From a bacterium (lineage in GTDB: Bacteria > Zixibacteria > MSB-5A5 > GN15 > FEB-12): a stretch of DNA of 64,000 nt. The notes under the pieces were generated by a model. The model ran no database searches and was not told the origin of the DNA. It saw only the letters and a list, made by a program, of their open reading frames with translations. A program made the position numbers and the translations under genes. The stretch is from NCBI GenBank assembly GCA_043811375.1, contig JBDRNJ010000057.1, positions 3,281 through 67,280 on the forward strand, written 5' to 3'. Shown here one piece after another: positions 11,489 to 21,673 of this stretch. Position 1 is the stretch's first letter, and each line of letters opens with the position of its first letter.

Positions 11489-12821
11489 CGGCTATTAACT
11501 CCCTGAGACCGTCGACCAAATCGCCGATCTCCTGTTCGGTTCGTTTCTCGGTGAGAGCCACAATCAGACAATCGTCCATGCCCGGATACCAGCGGCCGGC
11601 AGCGATGCCCGGCAGAACCCGGCGTTGAACCATGGTGCGGATCAGTTCCCGCGCCGATACCGGTATCCGCAGCGCAAACTCGCGGACAAACGGTTGGTCG
11701 AAATAAAGCCGGCAGCCCTCAAGTTCTTCAAGTGCTTTAGCTGCCTGCTGCGCCTTTTCGGCCGACAGCAGGGCTACCTGTCTGAGACCACTCCTGCCCA
11801 GTAGCGTCAGGTATACTGACGCTGCGGTTGCACACAGGGCCTGATTGGTGCAGATATTGGAGGTTGCTTTTTCACGCCGTATATGTTGTTCCCGCGTTTG
11901 CAACACCAGGACAAACCCGGTTTTGCCGTCGACATCGGTGGTCCGTCCGGCGATGCGTCCGGGCAGGCTGCGAACCAGTTCCCGGCGAGCGGCAAAGAAG
12001 CCCAGCAGCGGGCCGCCGAAGGAGAGCGGCAGACCCAGCGGTTGCCCTTCGCCGACCACGATGTCGGCTCCGTACTCGGCGGGAGTTTTCAGCAGAGCCC
12101 CAGCGATCGGGTCAATGGACACGATCAATTTGCCGCCGACGTTGTGAATGATCTCGGACGCCGCCGCCATATCTTCCAGGCAGCCGAAGAAGTTCGGTTG
12201 ACTCATCAACAGACAGGCCGTCCGGTCATCCACGGCCGCCTGCAGGCGATCCAAATCACACAGTCCCTCATCCATGGGAATTGTAATCAATGAAGCATCG
12301 CGACCGGAAAGATAGGTTGTAATCACCTCACGATAAAGGGGGCTGACTGTCTCGGCGACGATCACGTTGGGACGGCGCGTGCTCCTGGTTGCGATTACAG
12401 CCGCCTCGGCGGCGGCGGTGGCTCCGTCGTACATGGAAGCGTTGGCCACGTCCATGCCGGTAAGACGGCAGATGTGTGTTTGAAACTCGTAGATAACCTG
12501 CAACGTTCCCTGCGACACCTCCGGTTGATAAGGCGTGTAGGCTGTCATAAACTCCGGGCGGCTGATAACCGATCCGACAGCTGCCGGGATATAGTGATCG
12601 TAGACGCCGCCCCCGGCAAAACAGGCCAGGCCGCTCAGGTTGTTCTGCGACAGCTTTTCCGCTTCGCGCAACACTTCCATCTCGGAGTGTGCCGGTATAT
12701 CCAGCGGGCGTTGCAGCCGCAACTCGGTGGGTATGGAAGACAGCAGTTGTTCGATATCCGCCGCACCGATCTTTTGCAGCATGGTCAGGCGGTCGTTGTC
12801 GGTGTGGGGAACGTATGGCAT
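11460..12821 (-). CDS. gcvPA: glycine dehydrogenase (decarboxylating) subunit 1
   Basis: TAYTPYQPEVSQG, NASMYDGA and REQHIRREKATSNICTNQ motifs. Confidence 0.96.
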   Translation of the reverse strand: MPYVPHTDNDRLTMLQKIGAADIEQLLSSIPTELRLQRPLDIPAHSEMEVLREAEKLSQNNLSGLACFAGGGVYDHYIPAAVGSVISRPEFMTAYTPYQPEVSQGTLQVIYEFQTHICRLTGMDVANASMYDGATAAAEAAVIATRSTRRPNVIVAETVSPLYREVITTYLSGRDASLITIPMDEGLCDLDRLQAAVDDRTACLLMSQPNFFGCLEDMAAASEIIHNVGGKLIVSIDPIAGALLKTPAEYGADIVVGEGQPLGLPLSFGGPLLGFFAARRELVRSLPGRIAGRTTDVDGKTGFVLVLQTREQHIRREKATSNICTNQALCATAASVYLTLLGRSGLRQVALLSAEKAQQAAKALEELEGCRLYFDQPFVREFALRIPVSARELIRTMVQRRVLPGIAAGRWYPGMDDCLIVALTEKRTEQEIGDLVDGLRELIAGGTLSQMQT

Positions 12822-12874
12822 GACGTAATAACGGGTCCTTTTCGGCCTGCACCGCCGGGGCAGATCGAGGGGTG

Positions 12875-13255
12875 CTACTGCCCGATTATGCCCCTGTAGC
12901 CGGCGGCGTCGAGCAGTTCGTCGAGCTGGGACAGATCAGACATGTCAATCTTAATCATCCAGCCGTCGCCATACGGATCATGATTGATGATCATGGGGTC
13001 ATCCTCCAGTGCCGAGTTGACTGCGAAGACTTTTCCGCTCAGCGGCGAAAACATTTCCGAGACGGCTTTAACCGCTTCAATAGTCCCAAAAGCTTCCATT
13101 CTGGTCACCCGGTCGCTCTCGCCGGGCAGTTCCACGAAGACGATATCGCCGAGTTCACTCTGTGCATAGTCGGTGATACCGACTGTTGCGATATTGTCCT
13201 CAACCCTGACCCATTCGTGTTCTTCGGTATACTTCAGATCAGCCGGTACATTCAC
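12875..13255 (-). CDS. gcvH: glycine cleavage system H protein
   Basis: HEWV, GITDYAQSELGDIVFV, lipoyl EAVKA, DPYGDGW; GTG start behind GGAGG. Confidence 0.95.
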   Translation of the reverse strand: MNVPADLKYTEEHEWVRVEDNIATVGITDYAQSELGDIVFVELPGESDRVTRMEAFGTIEAVKAVSEMFSPLSGKVFAVNSALEDDPMIINHDPYGDGWMIKIDMSDLSQLDELLDAAGYRGIIGQ

Positions 13256-13270
13256 CTGCAACCTCCACAT

Positions 13271-14734
13271 TTACTCCTGACCGCTCTTTGCGGGTACGGC
13301 TTTTGCAACTCTATCCACAGTGTGTTCTTTTTCAGTTGTTTCACGATCCCTCTTGAGCACCAGGGTGGCCTTTGGCTGCGGGGCGGCGGGGGTGCCGCCA
13401 AAATGTTTCTCCACGAAAGCCAGGTCGTATTTCCCGGCCACGAAATCGGGGTGCCGGAAAATCTCCTGATGAAAAGGAATGGTCGTGGGTACGCCTTCGA
13501 CGATGAATTCGTCAAGGCTTTGTCGCATCCGTACGACAGCTTCCTGTCGCGTCCGGCCTTTGACCACCAGCTTGCCGATCATGGAATCGTAGTAAGGGGG
13601 GATGACATAGCCGGTGTAGACGGCGCGGTCAACTCGTACCCCCGGTCCGCCCGGTATGTGCAGGCCGGTAATAGTGCCCGGCGTGGGGCGAAAATCCCTG
13701 GTTACATCTTCTGCGTTTATGCGACACTCAATAGCCGCCCACCGTGGTTGCAGTTCTTCCTGCCGGTAGGTCAGCTTCTCGCCGAGAGCAACCTGCAACT
13801 GGTCCTTGACCAGATCAACCTCATAGGCTTCCTCGGTCACCGGGTGTTCCACCTGGATGCGAGTGTTCATTTCCATGAAATAATAATCAAGGTTGTTATC
13901 GACCAGAAATTCAATGGTCCCCACGCCGCGATAGTTAACCATTCGGGCGCCGCGGATAGCCGTCTCTCCCATCGTTCGACGCAGTTCGGGGGTCACCACG
14001 GGCGAGGGTGTTTCCTCAATGAGCTTCTGGTGTCGACGCTGAATGGAGCAGTCGCGCTCACCATAGTGAAAGAAATTACCCTGCTGGTCACCAACCAACT
14101 GAATCTCCACATGGTGGGGGTTGATGATGACTTTTTCCAGATAGAGATCGGGATTGCCAAATGCATTGCCGGCTTCGGCTGAAGCGATATGAAAACCGCG
14201 TTCCAGTTCGGCCAGATCACGACAGAGGCGCATCCCCTTACCGCCGCCACCGGACACGGCCTTGAGCATCACCGGGTAGCCAATTTCCTGTGCCAGCTGA
14301 CCGGCTTCTCGAAAGGATGAAACTACACTTTCAGAACCGGGAATGACCGGCACTCCGGCCTCTTTCATCAGGTGCTTGGCTGAGATCTTGTCTCCCATGC
14401 GACGAATCTGGTCCGGCGTGGGGCCGATAAAGACCAGCCCGCAGGATTCACAGACTTCAGCAAAGTCGGCGTTCTCGGCCAGGAAACCATAGCCGGGGTG
14501 TATGGCATCGGCGTTGGTAACTTCGGCGGCGGCTATGATGCGCTTGAAATCCAGGTACGATTCGCCGGGCGGTGCCGGGCCGATGCAGACATCTTCGTCG
14601 GCAAAGCGGACATGCAGCGCATCACGGTCGGCCTGCGAGTATACCGCCACCGTTTTCAAGTCCAGTTCGTGACAGGCGCGTATGATTCGCAGAGCTATTT
14701 CGCCACGGTTGGCTATCAGGACTTTGTTAAACAA
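13271..14734 (-). CDS. accC: acetyl-CoA carboxylase biotin carboxylase
   Basis: IANRGEIA, HPGYGFLAEN, GGGGKGMR and EMNTRIQVEH motifs. Confidence 0.95.
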   Translation of the reverse strand: MFNKVLIANRGEIALRIIRACHELDLKTVAVYSQADRDALHVRFADEDVCIGPAPPGESYLDFKRIIAAAEVTNADAIHPGYGFLAENADFAEVCESCGLVFIGPTPDQIRRMGDKISAKHLMKEAGVPVIPGSESVVSSFREAGQLAQEIGYPVMLKAVSGGGGKGMRLCRDLAELERGFHIASAEAGNAFGNPDLYLEKVIINPHHVEIQLVGDQQGNFFHYGERDCSIQRRHQKLIEETPSPVVTPELRRTMGETAIRGARMVNYRGVGTIEFLVDNNLDYYFMEMNTRIQVEHPVTEEAYEVDLVKDQLQVALGEKLTYRQEELQPRWAAIECRINAEDVTRDFRPTPGTITGLHIPGGPGVRVDRAVYTGYVIPPYYDSMIGKLVVKGRTRQEAVVRMRQSLDEFIVEGVPTTIPFHQEIFRHPDFVAGKYDLAFVEKHFGGTPAAPQPKATLVLKRDRETTEKEHTVDRVAKAVPAKSGQE

Positions 14735-14856
14735 CTATCATCCTTTCAGTGAGCCGGTATCCGAACACAATATTCGGTTCCGGGAAGTCTCACAAACAGT
14801 CCGGTAATATACAAGAAACAGCCGCCTATGACAACCCCAAAGACAACGCACATAAG

Positions 14857-14885
14857 AAAGTCGGAACCACAGGGGTTCCGACTTT
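14857..14885 (-). terminator. hairpin, probable terminator downstream of pilT
   Basis: AAAGTCGGAACC-N5-GGTTCCGACTTT 12-bp stem. Confidence 0.6.
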
Positions 14886-14896
14886 AGACTTGTTTT

Positions 14897-15036
14897 CGAC
14901 GGAGATATGCCTTGTCGTTACGCGGTTAAAGGCGGTTTGCCACCCGGCCACAGGGGCTTTTATGACAAGTTCCGTTGATCATTTCTCCTGGCAGAGACAA
15001 GCCCTGCCACTACGCGGTTAAATGCGGCTTGCCGCC
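14897..15036 (-). repeat. two GTAG-type REP-like palindromes in direct repeat (92 bp period)
   Basis: Minus strand GTAG-TGGCAGGGC-TTGT-CTCTGCCA (15013-14989) and GTAA-CGACAAGGC-ATAT-CTCCGTCG (14921-14897), both with the shared flank TACGCGGTTAAA. Confidence 0.6.
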
Positions 15037-15060
15037 AGTTGCGCCCGGGGACGGTCTTAT

Positions 15061-16212
15061 TCAGAATTTCGCAAGATCACCGGAAGCGTCCGATGGCTCC
15101 TGGTTGTCGGATTGGGTTGATTCGTCCTGCCACCTCTCCGAGCTGCCGGTAATACCTTTGGTGCGCAGGTCGAAATCATCCGGGTTGCTGGCGTTTTCCA
15201 TCGCCTCCTCGAACGAGATCATGCCCTGTTTATGCAGTTTCATGATGGCTTGATCGAATGTCTGCATACCGTACTGAACGCCGCCCTGTTCCATCAACTC
15301 GATGATATCAATCGTTTTATCCGGGTCCATGATGCACTCTTTGACGGCCCCGGAGCTGACCATAATTTCCAGCGCCGGCACTCGTCCGGGCATATCGCAG
15401 CGGGCCAGCAGTCGCTGGCAGACAATAGCTTTCAGTGTCCCGGCCAGCAACAGACGGATCTGCTGGTGCTGGTGCGGAGGGAAGAAGGAGATAATGCGGG
15501 TGACTGTCTCCACGACATTGAGAGTGTGCAGAGTGGTCAGCACCAAATGACCGGTGTCGGCCGCTGTCAACGCTATCGACATCGTTTCCAGGTCACGCAC
15601 TTCACCGATGAGAATTACATCGGGATCCTGTCGGAAGGCGTGACGCAACGCCGAGGCAAACGTCTCCGTATCGCCGCCCACCTCGCGCTGGGTGATTATC
15701 GATTTCTTGTCACGGTAGATATATTCGATGGGGTCTTCGACGGTAAGTATATTGTCCTGGCGGGTGGAGTTCAACTGCTCAATCATCGCCGCCAGTGTGG
15801 TCGATTTGCCGGATCCGGTTGTGCCGGTGATGACAACCAGGCCCCGGCGGGTTTTAGCCAGTTGCTGGATGGTGTCGGGCAGATTCAGTTCCTTAAACGA
15901 TGGTACCGTGGTGTTGACGGCGCGGATAGCGATACCCGAGGTTCCGCGCTGCCGGAAAAGATTGATACGGAAACGTCCCAGTTTGGCTACTGAAAGAGCC
16001 AGATCCATTTCGTTCTTGCGGAAAAAGCGTTCCCGCTGTTTTTCATTGAGTATCTGGGAGACAACCTGTTCCATGCGGTCAATTGTCATGGGATCGGTGG
16101 CGATCTGTTCCAACTGGCCGTTTACCCTCAAGTGTGGTCGTACGCCGACACGGATGTGCAAGTCTGAGGCCTTGCGGTCAAGCATCTCAACCAGCATTTG
16201 CTTCAGATTCAT
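15061..16212 (-). CDS. pilT: PilT/PilU-family type IV pilus retraction ATPase
   Basis: ASDLHI, GTTGSGKSTT, EDPIEY, RQDPDVILIGEVRD, TGHLV.TTLH and GMQTFDQ motifs. Confidence 0.85.
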   Translation of the reverse strand: MNLKQMLVEMLDRKASDLHIRVGVRPHLRVNGQLEQIATDPMTIDRMEQVVSQILNEKQRERFFRKNEMDLALSVAKLGRFRINLFRQRGTSGIAIRAVNTTVPSFKELNLPDTIQQLAKTRRGLVVITGTTGSGKSTTLAAMIEQLNSTRQDNILTVEDPIEYIYRDKKSIITQREVGGDTETFASALRHAFRQDPDVILIGEVRDLETMSIALTAADTGHLVLTTLHTLNVVETVTRIISFFPPHQHQQIRLLLAGTLKAIVCQRLLARCDMPGRVPALEIMVSSGAVKECIMDPDKTIDIIELMEQGGVQYGMQTFDQAIMKLHKQGMISFEEAMENASNPDDFDLRTKGITGSSERWQDESTQSDNQEPSDASGDLAKF

Positions 16213-16236
16213 TCAATTCCCTTTCCCGGCTTGGGG

Positions 16237-16722
16237 TTATTCAGGATCAATCAAAAAGATGGTCTGTCCAAACTCCACCGGCTCCGCGTTGCCGACGCAA
16301 ATCTTCGCCACCCGGCCACTGACTTCCGATTCAATCTCGTTCATCAATTTCATGGCTTCCACGATGCAGACGACCTGACCGACGGAAATCTTCTGGTTGA
16401 GCGAGACGTACGAATCGGCATCCGGCGCCGGGGCTGAGTAGAAGGTACCTACCATGGGTGATTTGATTTCAACCAGTCGGTCGGTCTCTTCGGCTGCGGC
16501 AGCCTCGACAGTGGATGTCGTTTGTCCAGCCGGCAGTGGCTGGACCGGTGCCGGGGGAGTAGAGCCCCGCGAAACAACTGTCGGCTGATCGCTGTGGCCG
16601 TTGGATGAGGTCGCAACGGGCTGCGTGATCTTGATCCGACGCCGCCAGGTGGAAATTTCCAGCGATTCTATTTTGGACTCTTCCACCAGCCGTATAAGTT
16701 GCCTGATATATTTTTCGTTCAT
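16237..16722 (-). CDS. accB: biotin carboxyl carrier protein
   Basis: SPMVGTFY and EAMKLMNEI biotinylation motif. Confidence 0.95.
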   Translation of the reverse strand: MNEKYIRQLIRLVEESKIESLEISTWRRRIKITQPVATSSNGHSDQPTVVSRGSTPPAPVQPLPAGQTTSTVEAAAAEETDRLVEIKSPMVGTFYSAPAPDADSYVSLNQKISVGQVVCIVEAMKLMNEIESEVSGRVAKICVGNAEPVEFGQTIFLIDPE

Positions 16723-16812
16723 GTTACTACCTCAGCGGCAATGCGTTCACCATTGAAAGACAGAAAACCCGCCTGCAGCCATGTCCTCTGAAAACAGTAT
16801 ACAGAAATCGGA

Positions 16813-17886
16813 TTACAGCACCAACAAGTTTTTTGGAGTCCTGTTGAGTACCTTACAGCTGTTGCGAGTGACAACTACGTCATCCTCTATCCGGACCCCG
16901 CCCCAGCCGGAAAGGTAGATGCCCGGCTCAATTGTTATGACATTGTTGATCTTCAGTTTATCCTCGGAGGCAGTCGATAGCCGTGGTCCCACGTGGATGA
17001 AAAACCCTATTCCATGACCGGTACCGTGGCCGAAGTTCTTGCCATACCCGGCCCTCTCAATAATATTCCGGGCGGCGGCATCGACTGCTTTGCCGCTGAC
17101 ACCGGCCTTGACCTTTCTAATGGCCGCTTTATGGGCTCTCAGAACAATCTGGTAGATTTTTTTCTGTTTTGATGTCGGTTTCCCGACAACGATAGTGCGC
17201 GTCATGTCTGAGACATAACCATCGACGGTGGCTCCGAAGTCAAAGGTGATGAATTCTCCCTTTTTTACTTTTTTGGCCGAGGCCGCTCCATGTGGCAACG
17301 CCGAACGGTAGCCGGAGGCCACAATGGTTTCAAAAGCCGGTTTCTCAGCGCCCAGCATCATCATCTGGTACTCGAGTTCCGCTGCCAGCTCTCTTTCCCG
17401 AACGCCCGGAGCTACCAGATTCAGGACTCGCTCGAAGGCCAGGTCCGAGACAGACACCGCTTTTTTAATGCTGGCGATCTCGCTTTTCTCCTTTACCCAG
17501 CCAAGATCAGCCATGAGCTTGTCCGCCGGTACCATTATGGCGTCAGGAAGAGCCTGGCCCAGTCTGTTTAGCCTGGCAACGGTCAGGTATTCGCTGTTGT
17601 ACCCATAACGGCATCGTCGAGCGTTGAGTCGCGGGAAATCCATCAGGCTGTCGACAGGATCTCGTTTGATGATCGACACTTTAGCTCCCTTTACCTGTTG
17701 TCGGGCCTGGTCGGCGTAACGGAAATCAGTGAAAAAATCGGTTCCACCCGGACCTGTCACCAGCAGACCGGCCGTGCCGGTGAAACCGGTCAGATAACGG
17801 ACATGGTCGAGATGGGAGACGATCATTCCGTCAAGATTGTCGGATTTGAGTTTCTTTTTCAGGTTATTGATTCTCAGAGTCGACAT
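16813..17886 (-). CDS. Xaa-Pro aminopeptidase (M24)
   Basis: YLTGFTG, DFGA..GYVSDMTRT, HGTGHGIG, EPGIY and GVRIEDD motifs. Confidence 0.93.
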   Translation of the reverse strand: MSTLRINNLKKKLKSDNLDGMIVSHLDHVRYLTGFTGTAGLLVTGPGGTDFFTDFRYADQARQQVKGAKVSIIKRDPVDSLMDFPRLNARRCRYGYNSEYLTVARLNRLGQALPDAIMVPADKLMADLGWVKEKSEIASIKKAVSVSDLAFERVLNLVAPGVRERELAAELEYQMMMLGAEKPAFETIVASGYRSALPHGAASAKKVKKGEFITFDFGATVDGYVSDMTRTIVVGKPTSKQKKIYQIVLRAHKAAIRKVKAGVSGKAVDAAARNIIERAGYGKNFGHGTGHGIGFFIHVGPRLSTASEDKLKINNVITIEPGIYLSGWGGVRIEDDVVVTRNSCKVLNRTPKNLLVL

Positions 17887-18523
17887 GGCTAAGTTCCTTA
17901 TTCTTGATTTTGCTTTCAGCTAAGGCGAGTTTTTCGCTCAGTCGGGGGGCATTGTTCTCGGCGCACACAACGCGGTAAACCTCTGCTGCCAGCCGGGCGT
18001 GCCCCTGTGCCAGGTAGAGGTCCCCAATGGTCTCGGTAAAAAAGGGAATCCTGTTTGGCCGGACAGGAACTTCGTTTTCAACGGGGGCTGCCGTCAACCG
18101 TGCCGGCGCAATTGTCTTCCGGGCGGTTCGGGTTGACCGTTTCACATCCGACTTCAGACCGCGACAGTGAGCGTCGATTTCGAGAATGCGGCTGTAATTG
18201 GCCAGGGCGCTGACCTGGTCGCCGCCGGCAAACCTGATATCACCGAGATACTTCAATGCCACCAGGTTATCGGGATCGATCGCCAGCACCCGGTAGTACT
18301 GCTCGGTCGCGGTTTCAATCTGTCCCGCCCGATGTAGAGCCAGGGCGTAGATGAGCCGACCGGAAACCGAATGCGGGTGCTGCCCCAGGTGCTCTTTGCA
18401 GCTTTCAACCGAGCCTGAGTACTTGCCCTCGTCGAGCAACCGGGCTGCCTGTGCCGGAAGGTAACCCTGGGACGACAATTCAGCGGTCAGATCTATCGGT
18501 CGCTTGTCAATCAATCGGAACAT
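17864..18523 (-). CDS. tetratricopeptide repeat protein
   Basis: TPR pattern (VLAIDPDNLVALKYLG); C-terminal TETIGDLYLAQGH motif; start uncertain. Confidence 0.75.
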   Translation of the reverse strand: MFRLIDKRPIDLTAELSSQGYLPAQAARLLDEGKYSGSVESCKEHLGQHPHSVSGRLIYALALHRAGQIETATEQYYRVLAIDPDNLVALKYLGDIRFAGGDQVSALANYSRILEIDAHCRGLKSDVKRSTRTARKTIAPARLTAAPVENEVPVRPNRIPFFTETIGDLYLAQGHARLAAEVYRVVCAENNAPRLSEKLALAESKIKNKELSHVDSENQ

Positions 18524-18603
18524 CAAGGCATAAATAAGGACGTCGGTGCCGAAAGGCAAGAACTCTTGCGCCGGTGCAGTCCGGGGTTTCACTGTATGGC
18601 ATG

Positions 18604-18640
18604 AAAAAACCGGTCGGCCACGGGGCACGGGGCCGACCGG
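18604..18640 (-). terminator. rpsA intrinsic terminator
   Basis: CCGGTCGGCC/GGCCGACCGG stem followed by U6 on the minus strand. Confidence 0.85.
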
Positions 18641-18694
18641 CGAAAACCGGATTGCTTACCGGTAGTACTTTCAGTCAGAGAGGGTGAGCCTTCT

Positions 18695-20854
18695 CTACTC
18701 CATCTTCGGTTCGTCCTCAGCCGGGGTATCCGGGGCAGGCGTTTCCTCCGGCGGGGACGTTTCACCAGCGTCAGCTTCGGATGCCGGTGCCGCCTCGGCT
18801 TCAGTCTCGGGTGGGACTTCGGCGGTTGGCGTTGCGGCTGCGGGAGCCTCAGGGTTCGGACTCTCGACCGGTTCCGCCGGCTGATCGGCTGCGGTTGTCT
18901 CCTGCTTGAGCTCCTCCGGCATCACGTCAGCCATTGATTGTGTGGTCTCTGACGGATGACTCTGAAGGAACTGATCAAGCTCGGTCCGTTCCCGTTTTTT
19001 ATAATAGGCTGCCACCGAAAGCACGATCTTGTGCTGGTTACGATCAAACTCAATCACCTGCAGTGGCAGTTGGTCATTCTCCTTAAAGATGCCGGTGGGA
19101 TCAGTAAGGTCCTTATGGCCCAGTTGTGAAACCGGGACAAACCCTTCCACGTCACCGTCGAGACTGACCACCACACCACGATCCAGGACCTTACACACGC
19201 TCCCCAGGCATTCCGTTCCGTTCGAGTATTTCTTGGCTATCTGGGGCCAGGGGTCTTCCTGGAGCTGCTTATAGCCAAGAGAGATGCGGCGGTTGTCGTG
19301 GTCGATCTTGATGATTTTAACGTCGACCCGGTCACCCTTCTTCAGTACCTCGGAAGGGTGCTGAATACGTTTGGTCCAGGACATATCCGAAATATGAACC
19401 AGACCATCAATTCCTTCTTCCAGTTCCACGAAGGCGCCAAAGGCAGTCAGATTACGGACTTTTCCGGTGACCACCATATTGACCGGATACTTTTCTTCGA
19501 TGGTCAACCAGGGATCGGGTTCCATCTGCTTTATTCCCAGCGAGATCTTCTCGTTTTCCTTATCTACCGACAGAACCACCGCTTCCACCCGATCGTCGAC
19601 ACTCATGATCTTCGACGGATGTTTTATGTGCTGGGTCCAGGACATTTCGGAGATGTGAATGAGTCCTTCAACACCCTTTTCCAGTTCCACGAAAGAGCCG
19701 TAGTCGGTGATGGAAACAACCCGGCCGGTTATTTTCTTGCCCAGTGGGTACTTTTGCTCGATGTTTTCCCAGGGGTAGGGAGTCATCTGTTTCAGGCCGA
19801 GGGAGATGCGGGAAGTCTTTTCGTCAAAGTCGAGAATTTTCACGTCGATCTTTTCGCTGAGAGAGGCCATTTCGGAGGGATGACGGATACGCCCCCAGGA
19901 CATATCGGTGATGTGCAGGAGTCCGTCAACACCGCCAAGGTCGATGAAGACACCGAAGTCGGTGATGTTCTTGACGACACCCTCGCGTACCTGGCCGACG
20001 GATATCTCGTTCAGCAGCGTATCGCGCATCTTCGACCGCTCTTCCTCCAGCACGATTCGTCGTGATACCACGATGTTGCGTCGATTCTTGTTGAGCTTGA
20101 TGATGCGTACATCCATTGCCTGCGAGATGAGGGCATCGAAATCCGGTACCTGGCGGAGCGCCACCTGCGATCCCGGCAGGAAGGCATCGACGCCCATGAT
20201 ATCCACCACCAGGCCACCCTTGATGCGGCGCACTACCTTGCCTTCAATGGTTCCTCCGGAGTCGTGCACCTCGCGGATCTTTTCCCAGACCCGCATGAAA
20301 TCGGCTTTCTGCTTGGATAGAATCAATTGACCGTGGGAGTCTTCGATCTGTTCCAGGTAGACTTCCAGTTCGTCGCCGATCTTGACATTGAGCGGCGTGC
20401 CGAATTCATCGATGTCGACAATCCCCTCCGACTTGAAGCCGACATCCACCAGCACATCGTTGCGGGTGACACCGACCACGTGGCCGGCAACGACTTCACC
20501 TTCCTTAATGTCCCGGATGGTGGAGTCGTACATATCGACCATGGCCTGGTACTCTTCGGGATCGTAGACGACACCGGCGACGTCGGTAATGCGTACTTTT
20601 CCGACGTCTTGTATAATTGGCTCGGGGACGCGGGTATCCCTGGTCAGGGCTTTCTCGGCGACACGTTTATGGCGGGTGGTAGTCACCCGTTCGCGTTGCA
20701 GTTGTTGGGGCTTTGCGGCCTCTTTTACTGCTGCTTCAGTCGCTGCCGATGAGGTAATCTTGGTTTTTACCTTTTTGGTTTTTCTGGCGGATGTCGCCTT
20801 GCGTTTGGAAAATGTTGTGGTTGGCCCGGTGGCCGTCTTTTTGGCTTCTGCCAT
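18695..20854 (-). CDS. rpsA: 30S ribosomal protein S1
   Basis: Six S1 domains (FLPGSQV, GLLHITDMSW, GLIHISEMSW...); long N- and C-terminal extensions. Confidence 0.96.
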   Translation of the reverse strand: MAEAKKTATGPTTTFSKRKATSARKTKKVKTKITSSAATEAAVKEAAKPQQLQRERVTTTRHKRVAEKALTRDTRVPEPIIQDVGKVRITDVAGVVYDPEEYQAMVDMYDSTIRDIKEGEVVAGHVVGVTRNDVLVDVGFKSEGIVDIDEFGTPLNVKIGDELEVYLEQIEDSHGQLILSKQKADFMRVWEKIREVHDSGGTIEGKVVRRIKGGLVVDIMGVDAFLPGSQVALRQVPDFDALISQAMDVRIIKLNKNRRNIVVSRRIVLEEERSKMRDTLLNEISVGQVREGVVKNITDFGVFIDLGGVDGLLHITDMSWGRIRHPSEMASLSEKIDVKILDFDEKTSRISLGLKQMTPYPWENIEQKYPLGKKITGRVVSITDYGSFVELEKGVEGLIHISEMSWTQHIKHPSKIMSVDDRVEAVVLSVDKENEKISLGIKQMEPDPWLTIEEKYPVNMVVTGKVRNLTAFGAFVELEEGIDGLVHISDMSWTKRIQHPSEVLKKGDRVDVKIIKIDHDNRRISLGYKQLQEDPWPQIAKKYSNGTECLGSVCKVLDRGVVVSLDGDVEGFVPVSQLGHKDLTDPTGIFKENDQLPLQVIEFDRNQHKIVLSVAAYYKKRERTELDQFLQSHPSETTQSMADVMPEELKQETTAADQPAEPVESPNPEAPAAATPTAEVPPETEAEAAPASEADAGETSPPEETPAPDTPAEDEPKME

Positions 20855-21019
20855 TAGGTTTTGAGAACCTCCTTATATAATCAATCCAATGGTTTGGATT
20901 TTTCCCGGTGGGAAACCATCAGATGCTTGCCGCCAAAAACCCCTCGGGGATTCAGCGGCGAATTTTATATATACAATATTGTCGGAAATTGGCAAGCGAA
21001 TTTTGCCCCCGGAGGAGCG

Positions 21020-21673
21020 TTATTTCAACGGTCTGCCGCCGGCCATGTCTGATTGTCGTTCGGCCATAATTGCTTCTTTCAGGCGAGCAATCTCGGTCAT
21101 GATGCCTCGGGCGATTCCCTGGTAGCCGTCTTTGCTGATCGGAAACGACTTTACCCATTGCGTCGGCAGCGGTTTGCCATATATCAAACGGAGTCGCTGA
21201 CGACCTTGTAAGCAGCGGCGAAGTTGGTCAGTCCCAGAAAGATAGGCGGGTACAATGGGGCACTCGGCCTGTCTGGCGATGATACCCACACCCGGTTTTG
21301 GGTTGAGCAGTTCCCCCCGGCGAGATCGGGTTCCTTCGGGGAAAACTGTCAGTCCGTTGCCCTCTTTGATGGTAGCGACAGCAGCCTTGAGAGCCCGACG
21401 GTCAATGGTGCCCCGACGCACCGGCAGTGCGTTTACCCGCTGCAAAAGGGCGGAGAAAACATGGTTTTCAAACAGTTCTTCCTTGGCAAAAAAATATATG
21501 TCACGCGGCACCCAGCAGCCGACAAAGAGGGGATCATAGTAGGCTACGTGGTTGCTGGCCAGTATGAAACCACCGGTCGGGGGAAGGTTTTCCCGACCCG
21601 AAACGCGAGCTCGCAATATCATTCCGGACAGGATACGTGATGCTTTCCAGCCAATATAGTAGGGGACGTTCAT
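21020..21673 (-). CDS. plsC: 1-acyl-sn-glycerol-3-phosphate acyltransferase
   Basis: NHVAYYD (HX4D), FPEGTRS and PIVP motifs. Confidence 0.9.
   Translation of the reverse strand: MNVPYYIGWKASRILSGMILRARVSGRENLPPTGGFILASNHVAYYDPLFVGCWVPRDIYFFAKEELFENHVFSALLQRVNALPVRRGTIDRRALKAAVATIKEGNGLTVFPEGTRSRRGELLNPKPGVGIIARQAECPIVPAYLSGTDQLRRCLQGRQRLRLIYGKPLPTQWVKSFPISKDGYQGIARGIMTEIARLKEAIMAERQSDMAGGRPLK

Noticed and set aside
12872-14182. 436-aa plus-strand ORF
   Set aside because: Antisense shadow of accC/gcvH with no recognisable motifs; the same applies to most short overlapping ORFs in the track
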